Shown here: positions 51,649 through 54,493 of the stretch, piece by piece
Layout: every line of letters starts with the position of its first letter
How positions within the stretch are numbered: the stretch's first letter is position 1
Assembly (NCBI GenBank): GCA_020024855.1
Contig: JAHHTB010000001.1
Span: 1-54,493, forward strand
DNA from: Fusobacterium sp.
GTDB taxonomy: Bacteria; Fusobacteriota; Fusobacteriia; Fusobacteriales; Fusobacteriaceae
Direction of reading: 5' to 3'
Length of the DNA: 54,493 nucleotides
The notes under the pieces: generated by a model
What the model saw: only the letters and a program-made list of their open reading frames with translations
Database searches by the model: none
What the model was told of the DNA's origin: nothing
Position numbers and translations under genes: made by a program

Positions 51649-52488
51649 ATGATACTTCATTTACAAAATAAAACCATTGAACTTGGAAAAAGAACTCTTA
51701 TCATGGGAATCTTAAATGTTACAACTGATTCTTTTTCTGATGGTGGTGATTACACTGATATTGATTTAGCAGTTGAAAGAGCAAAAGAGATGGTTAAAGA
51801 GGGAGCTGACATCATAGATGTTGGTGGAATGTCCACAAGACCTGGACATGAAGAAATCTCTATTGAACTTGAACTAAAAAGAGTTATCCCAGTTATTAAA
51901 AGAATTTCTAAAGAGGTTGATACAATTATCTCAATTGATACATATAGATATGAGGTTGCTGAAGAAGCTATAAAAAATGGAGCTCATATAATAAATGATA
52001 TATGGGGACTTCAATATGATAATGGAGAGATGGCAAAAATTGCATCAAAATACAATACTGTTGTTATTGCTATGCATAATCAAAATGGAACTGAATATAA
52101 AGAAGATATTATGCTTTCCATGAGAAAATTTTTTAATAAAACTTTTGATATTGCTGAAAAAAATGGGCTTTCAAAAGATAAAATTATAATTGATCCAGGA
52201 ATTGGTTTTGGAAAGGATATTAAATTAAATCTTGAAGTTTTACATAGAATGAATGAAATTCGTGATATTGGACCTATTCTTCTTGGTGCTTCAAGAAAAA
52301 GATTTATAGGAACATTACTTAATAATCTTCCACCAAAAGAGAGAGCTGAGGGAACAATTGCAACTACCATTGCTGGAATTGAAAGAGGAGCAGATATTGT
52401 AAGAGTACATGATGTTCTTCAAAATAAAAGAGCCATTCTTGTAGCTGATGCAATTATTAGAGGATATAAAGATAAAAAAAGCCTGTGA
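51649..52488 (+). CDS. folP: Dihydropteroate synthase
   Basis: MGILNVTTDSFSDGG, DPGIGF, SRKRF and RVHDV motifs. Confidence 0.96.
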   Translation: MILHLQNKTIELGKRTLIMGILNVTTDSFSDGGDYTDIDLAVERAKEMVKEGADIIDVGGMSTRPGHEEISIELELKRVIPVIKRISKEVDTIISIDTYRYEVAEEAIKNGAHIINDIWGLQYDNGEMAKIASKYNTVVIAMHNQNGTEYKEDIMLSMRKFFNKTFDIAEKNGLSKDKIIIDPGIGFGKDIKLNLEVLHRMNEIRDIGPILLGASRKRFIGTLLNNLPPKERAEGTIATTIAGIERGADIVRVHDVLQNKRAILVADAIIRGYKDKKSL

Positions 52489-52505
52489 TTTTTTCACAGG
52501 CTTTT
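52477..52505. terminator. Bidirectional terminator between folP and hbd
   Basis: AAAAGCCTGTGA/TCACAGGCTTTT inverted repeat. Confidence 0.85.
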
Positions 52506-52547
52506 AATTTTAAGTCTATTTTTGATATTCAATTTTCAAACTTATTC

Positions 52548-53393
52548 TTATTTAGAATAATCGTAGAATCCTTTACCAGTTTTTTGACCTAATTTTCCTC
52601 CTCTAACCATTTTTCTTAATAATGGATGAGGTCTGTATTTAGTGTCTCCCATTTCAGCATATAAAACTTCCATGATAGCAAGACAAACGTCTAATCCTAT
52701 TAAGTCTCCTAATGCTAAAGGTCCCATTGGGTGGTTTGCTCCAAGTTTCATTGCAGCATCGATTCCTTCAACTGATGCAACACCGTCAGCATAAATTCCA
52801 ACAGCTTCGTTGATCATAGGAATTAATACTCTGTTTACTACGAATCCAGCAGCTTCTTCAACTTGAACTGGAACTTTTCCTATTTCTTCAGATATAGTTT
52901 TGATTTTTTCAACCATTTCAGCTGGAGTATTTAAACCAGCGATAACTTCTACAAGTTTCATAACTGGAGCTGGGTTAAAGAAGTGCATTCCAATAACTGG
53001 TCTATCTAGTCCTGCACCAATTTCAGTTATTGAAAGTGATGAAGTGTTTGTAGCAAACATTGCTTCAGGTTTACAAATTTGTTGTAATTCTTTAAATGTT
53101 TGTTTTTTAATTTCCATATTTTCTATAGCAGCTTCTATTATTAAATCACAGTCTCCACAAATTTCTTTAGTTCCTGTAGTGATTTTCGCTAATATTTCAT
53201 CAGCAGCAGCTTGTTCCATTTTTCCTTTAGCTATTCTTTTTTCAAATCCTTTAGCTATTTTAGCTTTTCCATTTGCTGCAAATTGCTCATTGATGTCACA
53301 TAAACATACTTCGTATCCAGCTGTTTGTGCAAATGCTTGTGCAATTCCTGATCCCATTGTTCCTGCTCCGATAATACCTACTTTCATTTTCAT
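52548..53393 (-). CDS. hbd: 3-hydroxybutyryl-CoA dehydrogenase
   Basis: GAGTMG, TNTSS, HFFNP and HPMGPL motifs. Confidence 0.96.
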   Translation of the reverse strand: MKMKVGIIGAGTMGSGIAQAFAQTAGYEVCLCDINEQFAANGKAKIAKGFEKRIAKGKMEQAAADEILAKITTGTKEICGDCDLIIEAAIENMEIKKQTFKELQQICKPEAMFATNTSSLSITEIGAGLDRPVIGMHFFNPAPVMKLVEVIAGLNTPAEMVEKIKTISEEIGKVPVQVEEAAGFVVNRVLIPMINEAVGIYADGVASVEGIDAAMKLGANHPMGPLALGDLIGLDVCLAIMEVLYAEMGDTKYRPHPLLRKMVRGGKLGQKTGKGFYDYSK

Positions 53394-53459
53394 TCCTCCT
53401 GAAATTTTTAATTATTAATTATCTTTAAAACTCTATCATTATTTATAATTATCATTTTA

Positions 53460-54236
53460 TTATCTATTTTTAAATCCTTCTACTTTTCTTTTTTCTAAGA
53501 AAGCTCCCATTCCTTCTCTTTGGTCTTCTGTCTCAAAACAGCTTCCAAATAATTTTTCTTCAATAACTATTGCTTCATCCATTGGAGCATCTAGTCCATC
53601 ATTTATAGCTTTTTTACATGCTCTAACTGCGATAGGAGCATTTTTAGCTATTTTTCCTGCTAATTTTTTAGCAGCTGGAAGTAATTCTTCTTGAGTATAA
53701 ACTGCATTTACAAGCCCTAATGCTTTAGCTTCATCAGCTTTTACATTAGTACAAGCATAAATCATTTCTTTAGCTTTACCAGCACCAATTAATCTAGCAA
53801 GTCTTTGAGTTCCTCCAAATCCTGGTGTAATTCCTAAACCTACTTCTGGTTGTCCAAAAAGAGCATTGTCAGAACATATTCTTATATCACAACTCATAGC
53901 TATCTCGCATCCTCCACCAAGAGCAAATCCGTTTACAGCAGCTATAACTGGGATAGGGAATGTTTCTAATTTTCTGAATACATCATTTCCTTTCTTTCCG
54001 AAAGCCTCTCCTTCAGCTTTAGTTAATGTACTCATTTCTGCAATATCTGCCCCTGCAACAAATGATTTTTCTCCAGCACCTGTTAAAATAAGAGCTCTAG
54101 TTGTTTCTAAATCAATTGCATCTAAACAAGAATTTAATTCATCAAGAACTCCACTATTAAGAGCATTAAGTGCTTTTGGTCTATTGATAGTTATTACTCC
54201 TACAAATCCTTCTTGTTCATATGTTATAAAATCCAT
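53460..54236 (-). CDS. crt: Crotonase (short-chain enoyl-CoA hydratase)
   Basis: INRPKALNAL, FVAGADI, ALGGGCE and QPE motifs. Start moved to ATG at 54236 after AGGAGG. Confidence 0.95.
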   Translation of the reverse strand: MDFITYEQEGFVGVITINRPKALNALNSGVLDELNSCLDAIDLETTRALILTGAGEKSFVAGADIAEMSTLTKAEGEAFGKKGNDVFRKLETFPIPVIAAVNGFALGGGCEIAMSCDIRICSDNALFGQPEVGLGITPGFGGTQRLARLIGAGKAKEMIYACTNVKADEAKALGLVNAVYTQEELLPAAKKLAGKIAKNAPIAVRACKKAINDGLDAPMDEAIVIEEKLFGSCFETEDQREGMGAFLEKRKVEGFKNR

Positions 54237-54346
54237 AATAACCTCCTTTTGAGATACTATGAAAAAGCTATTTCTCTCATTCCTGCCTCTCATAGTTATT
54301 TTTATTTAAAAAAACTTTTAACATACTCTAATATACTCATAATATA

Positions 54347-54375
54347 GTTATACTTTTATAAATCAATTAAGTCAA
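54347..54375 (-). promoter_or_regulatory. Promoter of crt-hbd
   Basis: TTGACT-17 bp-TATAAC. Confidence 0.7.
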
Positions 54376-54493
54376 GCATTTACTTTTTTTTTAAAAATTA
54401 TGATTAATGATTAATCTCTTTATGATTAATCATTGTTATTTTATAAAAATTTTTTTATTTAAAGGTTTCTTATTCTTTACCTCTGTTTTCATT

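Noticed and set aside
1369..54252. Short antisense ORFs in the track (e.g. 1369-1602, 2515-2910, 16869-17165, 26896-27258, 52900-53418, 53866-54252)
   Set aside because: They are shadows of well-conserved genes on the opposite strand, with no RBS or motifs.
1..54493. CRISPR array, rRNA, transposase or defence system
   Set aside because: No repeat-spacer periodicity and no matching ORFs. All long ORFs have housekeeping or metabolic assignments.

Overview
Very AT-rich core-chromosome segment from an anaerobe, most consistent with Fusobacteriaceae. This assignment is inferred from gene content and order, not from a search. Most genes lie on the - strand. From left to right: dacA, minimal iscU/iscS, nth, a GNAT, tyrS, the S10-spc ribosomal operon ending at secY, rnfCDGEAB, pth, sdaA, pheST, a phosphoesterase, a USP-like gene, and gyrA-gyrB-dciA-recF-yaaA. 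A mixed block follows: a phage-initiator-like winged-helix ORF, orphan hutP, a CNNM/CBS exporter, an Fe-S flavoprotein, pdxK, a MocR regulator, an NhaC transporter and a MATE pump. The window ends with tRNA-Gln, spoVG-ispE-S4-mazG-mfd, folE-folBK-folP and hbd-crt. No CRISPR array, rRNA or transposase was seen. The best candidate for an undescribed system is the tyrS leader. It has a sigma70 promoter, a 17-codon uORF with three tandem Tyr codons inside a ~120-nt hairpin whose G-U pairs favour the - strand, and an intrinsic terminator before tyrS, with no T-box. This suggests a ribosome-sensed Tyr attenuator. Other leads are a structured RNA between rpsJ and rplC, a phage-type initiator fragment where dnaA/dnaN normally sit, and a MocR/NhaC/pdxK divergon.
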